From contig CBDBDQ010000005.1 in the NCBI GenBank assembly GCA_965203905.1, forward strand, positions 5,248,001-5,312,000: a stretch of 64,000 nucleotides of DNA, written 5' to 3'. A program made the translations under genes and the position numbers. Positions 50,995 to 60,913 of the stretch are shown in pieces. The notes below the pieces were generated by a model. That model had not been told where the DNA came from, made no database searches, and saw only the letters and a list, made by a program, of their open reading frames with translations. Each line of letters opens with the position of its first letter. The first letter of the stretch is position 1. The stretch is from Spirochaetia bacterium (GTDB lineage: Bacteria > Spirochaetota > Spirochaetia > SZUA-6 > Bin103).

Positions 50995-51335
50995 TGAGAA
51001 GGAGTCTATCCGAGCTGGCCGCGCGAACGGCTGGCGCGCTGGCCGTTGCCCCGTGGCCGGGGCCAGTTCGGATAGGGTTGATTGAACTAAACCGCGCGCC
51101 TATGGAGATTGGAACGCCGGTATTCCGGTGGCGGCGGAGTGCTGGGCGTGCTCGGGCAGGCGGGAACTCGCGGAGCAGAACGGGGAGCTGGGTGACAGCG
51201 CCGCATGACAAGGCGGCGACGAGCGGTTGACGGGCAGATCGCGACCGGCGCCGCGCAGGGGTGCGCAGGAGCAACGGCACGGCGGCGCGAAGGGATGCGT
51301 GATGAGATCGAACCGACGGTGTTCTGGAGATTGAG

Positions 51336-52305
51336 TCATGCGGCCTCAGGGGGAGCGCGGCGACCAGGCAGGTACTCATACTCCCAGGTGGGTTGAGAGC
51401 AGAAGTCCTGGATGCGGCGCATGGTTCCTGCATGGCACACCGGACAGCGTTGGTGATCGTCGCCGGGGGGTTCGAGAGAAACTGAGAGATCAGGTGCAGT
51501 GATCAGGTCCTGGCCGGAGGCTTGGGCAATCAGATAGCGGCACAGCGGCAGTTTTTCCTTGCGTGCACGATTGGCAAGAAAGCCGTAGTGACGAATGCGG
51601 ACGAAGCGATCGGGCAGGACGTGCAGCAGGAAACGACGCAGAAACTCGACCGCATCAAGTTTCATCATCCGGTGCCGGCGGCCACGGGCATAGTCCCGGT
51701 AGCGGAAGCTCACCGAGTCCGCGTCAGCAGCGGTGATTCTGCTGTTGGCGATGGCGACGCGATGGGTGTAGCGGGCGAGATACTTCAGCACCTGCTCGGG
51801 GCCGCCGAAGGGAGGCTTGGCATACACCACCCACTGCTTGGCGCGCAGTTGCTGGCACAGTGCGCGGAAGCGAGCGGGATCAGCCAACTCGGCAAGGGCA
51901 CCGTGGAACTGGAGTTGGTCGGCAGCGAAGCGTTGCTTGAGCGCCGCCAGCATCTTGCCGCGAAACAGCTGTGAGAGGACTCGGACCGGGAGGAAGAAAT
52001 CGTCGCGGCAGGATATCCAGGTGGCCGCGTCAGGTGCCAACCCACCGCCGGGGATGACGCAGTGGATATGAGGATGGTGCAGCAGCGTTTGGCCCCAGGT
52101 GTGCAGCACGGCGATGAAGCCGATGTCAGCGCCGAGATGCTTGGGATCGGCGGCGATGGTCCTGAGGGTAGCGGCGGTGGCAGCGAACAGGGCGCCATAG
52201 ATTTCGCGTTGGTTCTGCAGCGCCAGCGGCGCCAGTTCCGCCGGCAGGGTGAAGACGACGTGGAAATAGGGGACCGGCAGGAGATCTTGGCAGCGCTTCT
52301 CCAGC
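51336..52305 (-). pseudogene. IS91-family transposase, C-terminal part of the disrupted left copy
   Basis: LEKRCQDLLPVPYFHVVFT..HPHIHC..YLARYTHR, identical to 61764..62978. Confidence 0.9.
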
Positions 52306-52428
52306 TGTTTCCAGCCAGCCGGGAGTGCCAAACCCCGCCAGTCAGCGTTGCCACGACGCGCCTGGGGCTGATGCCGAGGATCGCCAGGGTCGGGCGCGGC
52401 GACCTGAGCCGCGGCGCGCCGCGCAAGG

Positions 52429-53226
52429 TCAGTCGAAGAGGTCATCGGTGACGACGTTGGTGGAGTCGATGATGGTGATGTCGTGGGCGGCGGCATGCAG
52501 GATGGAGCGGTAGCAGAGAGCGTTGACGAGGCGCGGCACGCCGCCGGCGTGGCGGTGGATGTCCGCTTTGGCGTCATCGGCGAAGATCGAGGCCGGGCGC
52601 CCACAGCGAGCGGTGTGGTGGTCGATGTAGGAGCAGGTCTCCTGCAAGGTCAGGGGCGGCATGTGATAGGAGATGCGGATGCGCTGACGGACGGCAGCGA
52701 AGGGAGCGTACTTGAGCAATTCGCGCAGTTCGGGCTGGCCGGCGAGGACGAAGGTGATGGCGGTGCGGGAGTCGAAGTGAAAGTTCACCATGCCCTTGAT
52801 GGCGGTGAGAGCGGTGCCGGCGAGGTCCTGAGCGTCATCGATGACGACGACCGGTCTCCGGTTCAGTTCGGGAATGGTCTTGAAGAACAGTTGGCTGGCC
52901 TGGCCGGAGAAGAAGGGGGGATCGATCTTGAGACCTTCGAGGACCGCCTTGACCAGCCCGGCGGCGGAGAGGCCGGAGCCGCGGACGTAAAGCGGGCTGT
53001 AGCGGTTGCTGTCCAAGGCGGCGACGAAGGCGGCCAGAGCGACCGACTTGCCGCAGCCGATGGGGCCGGAGAGCAGCAGCAGGTCCTCGTCGGCGACGCC
53101 GAAGGAGAGCCGCGAGAGGGCCTCCTGGTGGGCGCTGGACGGGAAGGTGTCGGTGGGCGTGAGGTGCTTGCCGAACGGCAGGCGGGAGAAGCCGAAGAAG
53201 GAAAGGACTTGATCATGCATCGGCAT
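52429..53226 (-). CDS. ExeA-like AAA+ ATPase (transposition helper)
   Basis: FFGFSRLPF, SGPIGCGKS, VVIDDAQ, LAGQPEL, GVPRLVN. Confidence 0.9.
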   Translation of the reverse strand: MPMHDQVLSFFGFSRLPFGKHLTPTDTFPSSAHQEALSRLSFGVADEDLLLLSGPIGCGKSVALAAFVAALDSNRYSPLYVRGSGLSAAGLVKAVLEGLKIDPPFFSGQASQLFFKTIPELNRRPVVVIDDAQDLAGTALTAIKGMVNFHFDSRTAITFVLAGQPELRELLKYAPFAAVRQRIRISYHMPPLTLQETCSYIDHHTARCGRPASIFADDAKADIHRHAGGVPRLVNALCYRSILHAAAHDITIIDSTNVVTDDLFD

Positions 53227-54634
53227 CGTGGTGCTCCTGGTTGTTGTTTTTGTCGTCGTCGGTGGACTGGAAGCGGGTGAACGAAGTCTGATTGCGGTCG
53301 CGCAGCGCGGCGTGGTGCTGCTCGCGCAGGCGGGTGAACCAGGCGCGCGCCGCGGCCGACACCTGCGCCGGCTTGGCGGCGGACTCGGCGGGGACGTTGG
53401 GTACCTGCGCGGTGACCTGCCTGGAGGCGCTGGTGGTCTCCAGCAGCACGCCGGATGAGTCGTAGATGGCAAGCTGTACCAGGTCGTAGGGATCGAAGCG
53501 CACCTCGACCACGGTGCCGTGGGCGACGCTGGTGACCGGATACTGATTGCCGTGCAGCTTGATCTTGCCGTACTTGCTGACGGTGCGCCGAGCGCGCCAC
53601 AGGAACAGTGCGTTGAAGGCATCGAGATCGGTGATGCGGCGATGATCGGGCGGCAGGCCGTCGCGGAAGCGGGCATCGGGACTCTGCCCGGTAGCAGAGT
53701 GGACGCGGGTGTTGTACTCCAATTCCATCCAGGCCCAGAAGGCGGAGTTCAACTCGTCGATGGTGCGCATGCCGGCGACCTGGGCCTCGCGTTGGAACTG
53801 GTTCTTGATGGTCTTGTTGGCGGCCTCGATTTTGCCCTTGCAGTAGGCCTGATAGGGCGGGTGGCGCACCCGCTTGATACGCAGCTCGACCAGGATGGCG
53901 AGCAGGTGGCGGGCGAGATAGACCTTGCCGCCGTCGACGTAGACGCGCACCGGGATGCCGTAGCGCAACAGGCAGTAGCGGAAGCTGTCGAGCAAGGCAG
54001 GCAGCTTCTCGTCGAAGTAGTATTTGCCGAACAGGATTTTGCGGGAGAAGTCGTCGAGCCACAGGAACAGGTAGGTCTTCTTGCGGCCAGCGGGAGTGTC
54101 GAGCCAGATGCCGTCGCGGGCGTCGGCCTGTACCAGAGCCAGGGTGTGGGGCGCCTCGAAGGAGCGGAAGGAGGTGCGCGCATCGTCGCCGAGCATGAGG
54201 TAGCGGGTGCTCTTGGTGAGGCCGTGGTCGGCCAGGAAGCGGTACAGGGTGCGATCCGAGATACGCTTGATCTTGGGGCCGAGCTTGGCGTCGGCGGCGA
54301 TCAGCTTGCGCAGTTGCGAGACGCTTCTGGTGGGCACTTCGTTGATCAGGTTCAGCAGCTTGGCACGCAGCGCCGGATCGTGGACCCGCGGCGAGGTGGG
54401 CCGCGGGCGGTAGAACAGCAGGCCGCGAGGTCCCTGTTTCCGATAACGGTGCAGGTAGCCGCGGATGGTACGGTCACCGACTCGGTGACGTTCCTGGTAG
54501 AGCCGTTGCTCGGCCCGTTTGTCGGCCTCCGGCAGCAGCGGATCGAGCAGTATCTCGACCAGGTGGAGGCGCTCGCTGAATGCCTCCACGACCGCGTCCG
54601 GGAGCTGCTCCCAATTGAGGTCGCCGCCGCTCAT
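53213..54634 (-). CDS. DDE transposase (integrase core + Mu-transposase C-like tail)
   Basis: QAD, LDDFSR, YVDGGKVY, KGKIE, YNTRVHSATG.SP, RTVSKYGKIKLHGNQY. Confidence 0.9.
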   Translation of the reverse strand: MSGGDLNWEQLPDAVVEAFSERLHLVEILLDPLLPEADKRAEQRLYQERHRVGDRTIRGYLHRYRKQGPRGLLFYRPRPTSPRVHDPALRAKLLNLINEVPTRSVSQLRKLIAADAKLGPKIKRISDRTLYRFLADHGLTKSTRYLMLGDDARTSFRSFEAPHTLALVQADARDGIWLDTPAGRKKTYLFLWLDDFSRKILFGKYYFDEKLPALLDSFRYCLLRYGIPVRVYVDGGKVYLARHLLAILVELRIKRVRHPPYQAYCKGKIEAANKTIKNQFQREAQVAGMRTIDELNSAFWAWMELEYNTRVHSATGQSPDARFRDGLPPDHRRITDLDAFNALFLWRARRTVSKYGKIKLHGNQYPVTSVAHGTVVEVRFDPYDLVQLAIYDSSGVLLETTSASRQVTAQVPNVPAESAAKPAQVSAAARAWFTRLREQHHAALRDRNQTSFTRFQSTDDDKNNNQEHHDADA

Positions 54635-55224
54635 TCGAGATCCTCGTGTTCGCCGACGACGGCGCGCCGCAGCAGCTGATCGCGGTAGTCGCACCACGCC
54701 TCGTGCAGGCACAGGCCCGCCGGGCGCGTGCAGATCTCGCGCAGCCGCTCGACCTCCTCGGCGAGCTTCTGCAGCAGCACGTCGAGGACCAGCTCCAGGT
54801 GATCGGCCTCGCTGTGCCGCGGGGTGTCGGGATCGAGGAACAACTCCAACACCCAACTGCACAGGAACGAGAGCCGGTCAGCCAGTTCTTGCAGCAGCGC
54901 TGCCAGGAGCCCGAACTCCTCCAGCAGGCACGGCGGGGTATCGAGCAGCAGAGTCAATAGCCGCTCCCGCACCAGTGCGTCCTGCCGTCCGAACGCCGTC
55001 TGCCGGCGCCAAGTGCCGGTCAGCAAGCCGGCGACGCCGGTGTGCCGGTAGCGCGCCAGCGCCTGCCACAGGTCGCGCTCATCGTCGCCGCGGCGCCGGC
55101 ACTGCTCCAGCAGCCAGCCGCGCCGGCGTGGCGGTGGCGCCGGTTCTTGCAGAATCCGTCGTATCAAAAGCAGGTGCTCTTCCAGGCGAGCCACCTGGTG
55201 GGGAGAAACCAGTATCGCATCCAC
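54631..55224 (-). CDS. Hypothetical helical protein within the DDE transposon
   Basis: GGAGG RBS before GTG at 55224; ATGA overlap with the transposase. Confidence 0.65.
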   Translation of the reverse strand: MDAILVSPHQVARLEEHLLLIRRILQEPAPPPRRRGWLLEQCRRRGDDERDLWQALARYRHTGVAGLLTGTWRRQTAFGRQDALVRERLLTLLLDTPPCLLEEFGLLAALLQELADRLSFLCSWVLELFLDPDTPRHSEADHLELVLDVLLQKLAEEVERLREICTRPAGLCLHEAWCDYRDQLLRRAVVGEHEDLE

Positions 55225-55250
55225 GTTGATGCCTCCAAGGCGTGAGATGC

Positions 55251-55895
55251 TCAACTGGTATCGAACCAGAGCCAGTACCGTAAGACCTGATTCAATGGTA
55301 GTGCCAGCGGGCTGCGGGCGCGCACCACCACGTAGCACAGACGCAGGCAGCCGATGACCCCGAGCGCGCCGCCTCGACCCTGGGCGCGGCGTCTGGCAAG
55401 CGCGAGCGCTACCAGGTAACGATGCAACTCAGCCAAGCCGCTTCCGCCGGCGCGCACCTCAGGCAGCGCCGCGAATGGCGCCAACTCCGCCAGCAGTGCG
55501 CTTGCCGCCAGCGTGCTGGTCGCGATCAGGTGCCCTACCCACTCCAGATGACGCGTTATGGTGTGCTCGCAGAAGCTGCCGATCACGCCCGCAGCGCGCT
55601 CATAGGCCAGCTTGATGCCGACCTCCGGCCCCTTCGGATGCCGTGCCACCAGCTGGTGCAGGTTCATCGCCAGGTCCAGCCGGATGTTGCATTCCGGGAT
55701 CACGAACCACGGCAGCATGCGCTTGGTGTATTGCTTGCCCTGTCGCCGCGCCTTCTCACAGATGCACGACAGGATCAGAATCCGGTGGTTCCTGCCATCC
55801 GCGCAGCGCACCAGACGCTCACACCAGGCGTGGATGCGCAACGCATGCACACACCCGCACAGCAGGCATGGGTGCTGCGCGGCGGCGCCGGTCAC
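55251..55895 (-). CDS. Cys-rich DUF6431-like transposon accessory protein
   Basis: CLLCG..LRIHAWCERLVR..CIC..T.RMLPWFVIP; first gene of the element. Confidence 0.6.
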   Translation of the reverse strand: MTGAAAQHPCLLCGCVHALRIHAWCERLVRCADGRNHRILILSCICEKARRQGKQYTKRMLPWFVIPECNIRLDLAMNLHQLVARHPKGPEVGIKLAYERAAGVIGSFCEHTITRHLEWVGHLIATSTLAASALLAELAPFAALPEVRAGGSGLAELHRYLVALALARRRAQGRGGALGVIGCLRLCYVVVRARSPLALPLNQVLRYWLWFDTS

Positions 55896-56097
55896 CGTCG
55901 CCAGATATACTTGAATGTCGAAACCTGCAAGGTTAGGATGTGCCAGTTCTCTTGGTGGGGGTCACCGTGTACCGGGCAAAGTACAGGCGGTGGCCCCTAT
56001 CTCTTTTCTTGGTCTCCGGAACCGCTTCCGGGCGAACCTATCCTATCCCTGCTGGCGGGGTTGTACAGAACCAGGAACTCTCACTTGGCGGGCAACA

Positions 56098-56348
56098 TCC
56101 AGCCACTTGGCGCGCTGCTGCGCCTGGCACTTCGGACAGTGACGATTGCGGCAGGAGTTGTACGATACGCGTAGTTCACCACAGGCGTCGCAAGCATCGA
56201 CGTGGCCGCCGAGCTTGGCAGTACGGCAGGCTGTGAGGTCGCGCATGACGCGCTGTTGTGCCTGCGACACCCGCAAGCCTGGCACGCGACCGTCGGTAGT
56301 GGCCAGGGTACGGATGACGTCGGCCACCTCGAAGGGTGGCTGGTGCAC
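56098..56348 (-). pseudogene. IS91-family transposase, N-terminal zinc-binding fragment of the left copy
   Basis: CRTAKLGGH..CDACG..YNSCRNRHCPKCQ, cut at AKWL by the insertion. Confidence 0.9.
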
Positions 56349-56355
56349 GGATCGC

Positions 56356-57198
56356 TCAGCGCAGCGGTGGCAACGACTCCAGTGGGCTCTCGACTGCGCT
56401 GATGCGCTTGCGGGTGACGTGGGTATAGATCACGGTACTCCTGATCGAGGCATGTCCGAGCAGCGCCTGGACGGTGCGCAGATCGGTGCCGGATTCCAGC
56501 AGGTGGGTGGCGAAACAGTGGCGCAAGGTATGCGGGGATACGGGCTTGCCGGCGACGACGTGGCGCACCTTGGCGATGGCCTGCGCCACCGCATCCCTGG
56601 TGACGTGGCGGTCGCGATAGGTCCTGCTGGGAAACAGCCAGTGGCGGGGCCGATAGCGTCGGTAGTGGCAGCGCAAGTGGTGCAGCAGGAGCGGCGCCAA
56701 GGTCACCAAACGATCCTTGCGGCCCTTGCCTTGCACGACGTGCAGCAGCATCCGCTCGCTGTCGATATCGGTAATCCGCAGGGAGACCGCCTCGGAAACG
56801 CGCAGCCCGGCGGCATACAGGGTCATGGCAATGACGCGGTGCTGCGGGTTGGTGATCGCATCGAGTACGGCGCGCACCTGGTCCTGGCTCAAGACCAGCG
56901 GCAGCTTCTTGGGCTGCTTGGCGAACGGGATGGACTCGATGTGCCAGTCCTTGCCGAGGGTCTTGAGGTACAGGAAGCGGAGAGCGCAGACCGCCTGATT
57001 GAAGCTGCCCCAGCCCAGATTTCGCTCCTGCACCAGATGCAGTTGATAGGCTCGTATTTCGTCGAGCCCGAGCAGTTCCGGAGAGCGGTTGAAGTAGCGC
57101 GCAAACAACGCGACCTGGCGGACGTAGTACTCGATGGTGTGCGGGGACAGGTTGCGCACCCGCATGTCTTCGATCATTCTCTGGCGCAGTGGTGTCAT
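56356..57198 (-). CDS. Tyrosine recombinase/integrase (left copy)
   Basis: MTPLRQRMIEDM, AGLRVSE, GKGRKDR, HTLRHCFATHLLE, LLGH..STVIY. Confidence 0.93.
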   Translation of the reverse strand: MTPLRQRMIEDMRVRNLSPHTIEYYVRQVALFARYFNRSPELLGLDEIRAYQLHLVQERNLGWGSFNQAVCALRFLYLKTLGKDWHIESIPFAKQPKKLPLVLSQDQVRAVLDAITNPQHRVIAMTLYAAGLRVSEAVSLRITDIDSERMLLHVVQGKGRKDRLVTLAPLLLHHLRCHYRRYRPRHWLFPSRTYRDRHVTRDAVAQAIAKVRHVVAGKPVSPHTLRHCFATHLLESGTDLRTVQALLGHASIRSTVIYTHVTRKRISAVESPLESLPPLR

Positions 57199-57518
57199 GA
57201 TGGACTCCTCCTGGTGTAGAGACGCGTGGTCCATCAGCCCCCGGAGCGCCGTTACGCTCCGGGGGCAACCACCCATCTCCCGTTAGTAGAGGTCAGACAC
57301 CATATAGGGGTTGTACGTGGGAAGGGCTCCGCGCCTCGAGACGGCCGACGCCACCCCTACCGCGAAGCGGTTTAGTTCTAGTCAGCTAATGTAAAGTGCG
57401 GGATTATGTGAAGTAGATGGCAGGACGGGTCCATTTGATGGGCTCCAGGCAGCATTAGCGGGTAATTGCGGTAGCCAGGACTTCGCATTATCGCGCTCCT
57501 TCAAGCAAGGAGGCATCC

Positions 57519-58748
57519 ATGCTTGAAGACCATCTCAAGTTGGCGAGCACTTGTCGCAGACTCCGTCGTGGGCCCGCGTGCGCGTATATAGACGGCTTCG
57601 CCGACTGGCTCCATGAGCGCGGCTATCAAGCCAAGTTTGTCCTGCGTACGTTGGCGGGATGGACCGACTGGCTCACCGCGAAATCGTTTACTGATGAGGC
57701 TTTCGTAGCCGGGTACGAGGCGTGCCGGAAGGAGTTGTCTGAGCGAGGCCGTGTCCGCTATCAGCGGGGACCCAACCGAAATTCACTGTGGGCCGCCACG
57801 GTGTTCATCCGGTTCTTGCGGGAGCAGGGCGTCGTGGCCGTCGAGCAGCGGCTGATTCTGAGCGAACGCTGGCCACTGCTGAAGCAGTTTCGGCAGTGGA
57901 TGCTGCAACACCGAGGCGTGACACACAGCACCATGGACGGCTACGAGCGCTACGTAGCCGATTTCATCGAGGCTCTGGGAGTTGTTCCGGCGCACTACAG
58001 CGCCGCTGCGGTGCGCGGCTTTGTGATCAAGCGCTGTGACGGTCATAAGGTCAAAACGGCTCAGTCGATCACCACGGCGGTGCGTGCCTTCTTGCGGTTC
58101 CTCGCCGCCACCGGGCAGTGCTGCGACGGCCTGCGGCACGCGGTGCCACGCTTCGCGTGCTACCAGCTCGCCGCCACGCCGCGGTTCCTTGAGCCTGAGG
58201 ATCTGGAGAAGGTAGTCGCCAGTTGCACCGATGAGGATGCAGTTGGGGCCAGAGATCGGGCGGTAGTCCTGCTGCTCGCTCGGCTAGGCCTGCGCGCCAG
58301 CGAGGTCGCCGAGCTGACCTTCGATGCGGTCGACTGGCAGCACGGGCGCATCGCCGTCTGCGGCAAGGGTCGGCGCCAACACTGGCTGCCGCTTCCGCAG
58401 CAGGTCGGCGACGCCATCGTCACCTATCTGCGCCGCGGACGCCCGCCGTTGCCGGTGCCACAGGTGTTCATCTCGGCTGTGGCGCCGCGTCGCCCGATGA
58501 CTCGACAAGCCGTGTCCGGTGTCGTGTGCAAAGCTCTCCGTCGCGCAGGCATCAAGGCGCCCCACCACGGTGCACATCTGCTGCGCCATTCGGCCGCCAC
58601 CGCCATGCTGCGCAACGGGGTGTCCCTGGCCGGTATCGGCAGTGTCCTGAGGCACCGCTCCCCGCAGACCACCGCCCACTACGCCAAGATCGACTTCGAG
58701 CTGCTGGGCGAAATCGCCCAGCCGTGGCCGGAGGCACCATCATGCTGA
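57519..58748 (+). CDS. ritA: RIT tyrosine recombinase A
   Basis: LGLRASEV, GKG, HLLRHSAAT, LRH..TTAHY. Confidence 0.9.
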   Translation: MLEDHLKLASTCRRLRRGPACAYIDGFADWLHERGYQAKFVLRTLAGWTDWLTAKSFTDEAFVAGYEACRKELSERGRVRYQRGPNRNSLWAATVFIRFLREQGVVAVEQRLILSERWPLLKQFRQWMLQHRGVTHSTMDGYERYVADFIEALGVVPAHYSAAAVRGFVIKRCDGHKVKTAQSITTAVRAFLRFLAATGQCCDGLRHAVPRFACYQLAATPRFLEPEDLEKVVASCTDEDAVGARDRAVVLLLARLGLRASEVAELTFDAVDWQHGRIAVCGKGRRQHWLPLPQQVGDAIVTYLRRGRPPLPVPQVFISAVAPRRPMTRQAVSGVVCKALRRAGIKAPHHGAHLLRHSAATAMLRNGVSLAGIGSVLRHRSPQTTAHYAKIDFELLGEIAQPWPEAPSC

Positions 58749-59653
58749 ACGACCACGTAGAGCGCTATCTCATGCTGCGGCGATCCCTCGGTTACAAGCT
58801 GCGGGACACAGCCCGCCATCTCCAGGCGTTCGCAGGTTTCGCCAGCGACAGGGGCGATACCCATGTCCGCGCCGCTACCGCCGTGGAGTGGGCAGCGCAG
58901 GCGTCCTCGCCGCTCATGCGCCATGTTCGACTCCATGACGTCGTCCTGTTGGCCCGCTTCTTGTACGCCGAGGACGCGACCCACGAGATACCCCCAGCTC
59001 GCTACTTCCAGGTCCGTGTGGTGCGCCAGCCGCCCTACATCTACACGCCGGCTGAGATCGGCCAACTGCTGGTGGCGGCGCACCGTCTGCCCTGCTCCTA
59101 CGCGCTGCGCCGGCCCGTCTATGCGACCCTGATCGGGCTCATCGCCGCCACCGGACTGCGGGTCTCGGAGGCGCTCGACCTACGCTTCGACGACCTGCTT
59201 CCCAACGCCGTTCTGCGCATCCGCCAAACCAAGTTCGCCAAGAGCCGACTGGTGCCGCTGCATGCGACCTCGGTCGACGCACTGACTGCGTACTTGCAGG
59301 AGCGGCAGCGCTTCGCCAGCGCCGACGACCATCTGTTCGTGTCAGCGAACCGCCGGCGCATCCCGACACCAATGGCCAGTACTACCTTCCAAAAAGTGAT
59401 CCGGCTCGCAGGCATCGCTCCTGGCCGCCAGCGCCGCCCCCGACTGGCGGATCTGCGTCACACCTTTGCCACCAGATCCCTGCAACGCTGTGCGGTCCAG
59501 CGCGATTCGGTGGCGCGCCACTTGGTCGCGCTCTCCACCTACCTCGGTCACGCTAGCCCCGCCTACACCTACTGGTACTTGGAGGCGACCCCGGAATTGA
59601 TGGCCGACATCGCCACGGCCGGCGAGAACCTGGTTGCCGGGAGGTTGGCATGA
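58742..59653 (+). CDS. ritB: RIT tyrosine recombinase B
   Basis: RRSLGYKL, TGLRVSEAL, TKFAKSRLVP, DLRHTFA, YLGH..TYWY. Confidence 0.9.
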   Translation: MLNDHVERYLMLRRSLGYKLRDTARHLQAFAGFASDRGDTHVRAATAVEWAAQASSPLMRHVRLHDVVLLARFLYAEDATHEIPPARYFQVRVVRQPPYIYTPAEIGQLLVAAHRLPCSYALRRPVYATLIGLIAATGLRVSEALDLRFDDLLPNAVLRIRQTKFAKSRLVPLHATSVDALTAYLQERQRFASADDHLFVSANRRRIPTPMASTTFQKVIRLAGIAPGRQRRPRLADLRHTFATRSLQRCAVQRDSVARHLVALSTYLGHASPAYTYWYLEATPELMADIATAGENLVAGRLA

Positions 59654-60642
59654 CTCCCATCGCACCCCTGATCACCCACTTCCTGCGCGACTACCTCCCT
59701 GTGGAGCGCGGCTATAGCCCGCATACCTGCGAGAGCTACGCCTATGCCTTCCGTCTGTTGTTCACCTTCGCCGCCGAACGCCTCGGCGTCAGACCGTCGG
59801 CGCTTCACCTTGAACATCTCGACGCACCGCTCATCGTCGCTTTCCTGACCCACTTCGAGGTGGATCGTGGTGGCAGCCCCGCCAGCCGCAACGTCCGCCT
59901 GGCAGCAGTGAAAGCCTTCATGCGCTATGTCGAGTTCCGCCACCCGGCGGCACTCGACATAGCCAGGCAGATCCTCGCCATCCCCTCCAAGCGCCATGAT
60001 CAGCCGCTCGTCCGCCACCTCACCATGGACCAGATCAACGCGATTCTGGACGCTCCCGATACCTCCACCCGGTTCGGCATCCGCGACCGCGCCATGCTCC
60101 ATCTGTGTTTCGCCGCTGCGCTGCGCGTGTCCGAACTGGTGACGGCGCAGGTAGCAGATCTGTCGCTGCGCGGAACTGCGAGTATCCGAGTCCTTGGCAA
60201 GGGCCGCCGTGAGCGCTGTCTCCCGCTGTGGAAGCAGACCACCGCTGACCTGCGCGCTTGGCTCGCCGTGCGCGGAGAGGTTTCCACGCCTGAGCTGTTT
60301 CTGAACGCTACCGACAGGCCGATGGGTCGCGCCGGGTTCAAGCACCTCCTGAACAAGCATGTGCGCGCTGCCGTAGCGGACTGCCCCTCGCTGGCCGGAC
60401 GCTCGATCTCGCCTCACCAGCTCCGCCACAGCTGCGCCGTCATCTTGCTCCAGGCTACCGGTGATATCCGCAAGGTGGCACTGTGGTTGGGGCATGCCGA
60501 TGTGCGCACCACCGAAGTCTATCTACGCGTCGATCCCACCGAGAAGTTGGAGGCCGTCGAAGCCGTGCTGCCACCGGAACTACGTCGCGGTCGTTTCAAA
60601 GCCCCTGACGCTCTGATCGCCGCGCTCCTGGACCCGAGATAA
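59650..60642 (+). CDS. ritC: RIT tyrosine recombinase C
   Basis: SRNVRLAAV, LRVSEL, GKGRRER, SPHQLRHSCA, WLGH..TTEVY. Confidence 0.9.
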   Translation: MTPIAPLITHFLRDYLPVERGYSPHTCESYAYAFRLLFTFAAERLGVRPSALHLEHLDAPLIVAFLTHFEVDRGGSPASRNVRLAAVKAFMRYVEFRHPAALDIARQILAIPSKRHDQPLVRHLTMDQINAILDAPDTSTRFGIRDRAMLHLCFAAALRVSELVTAQVADLSLRGTASIRVLGKGRRERCLPLWKQTTADLRAWLAVRGEVSTPELFLNATDRPMGRAGFKHLLNKHVRAAVADCPSLAGRSISPHQLRHSCAVILLQATGDIRKVALWLGHADVRTTEVYLRVDPTEKLEAVEAVLPPELRRGRFKAPDALIAALLDPR

Positions 60643-60845
60643 TGTGCAGCGATCTTGGACACAACTTACTTTCCTGGCAGGAGTTAAGTAGCGCTACTTT
60701 ACATAATCCCGCACTTCACATTAGAGGATCATTGAACTAAACCGCTTCGCGGTAGGGGTGGCGTCGGCCGTCTCGAGGCGCGGAGCCCTTCCCACGTACA
60801 ACCCCTATATGGTGTCTGACCTCTACTAACGGGAGATGGGTGGTT

Positions 60846-60875
60846 GCCCCCGGAGCGTAACGGCGCTCCGGGGGC
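60846..60875 (+). promoter_or_regulatory. Perfect 12-bp hairpin upstream of the integrase
   Basis: gcccccggagcg-taacgg-cgctccgggggc, also present in the left copy. Confidence 0.5.
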
Positions 60876-60913
60876 TGATGGACCACGCGTCTCTACACCA
60901 GGAGGAGTCCATC

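Larger units (their letters stand above)
52306..56097 (-). mobile_element. 3792-bp four-gene DDE transposon with ExeA-like ATPase
   Basis: TGT...ACA ends, imperfect ~24-bp terminal IR, 6-bp TSD TCCAGC (52300-52305 and 56098-56103), subterminal AACCCCGCCAG IR (52331-52341 / 56052-56062). Confidence 0.9.
50995..57378 (-). mobile_element. Tyrosine integrase + IS91-family transposase element, left copy (interrupted)
   Basis: Reverse complement of 60734..63319 apart from the 3.8-kb insertion; identical translations in the ORF track. Confidence 0.9.
57386..60724 (+). mobile_element. RIT (Recombinase In Trio) element
   Basis: Three overlapping tyrosine recombinase genes bounded by 31-bp IRs (57386-57416 ctaatgtaaagtgcgggattatgtgaagtag; 60694-60724 reverse, 2 mismatches). 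Confidence 0.92.

Noticed and set aside
51336-52604. 422-aa ORF as an intact second transposase
   Set aside because: Its N-terminus is read-through from the inserted transposon end; the zinc-binding N-terminus is stranded at 56098-56348.
52429-53226. Type II secretion ExeA/GspA gene
   Set aside because: It lies inside TSD-bounded transposon ends, overlaps a DDE transposase and has no secretion genes nearby.
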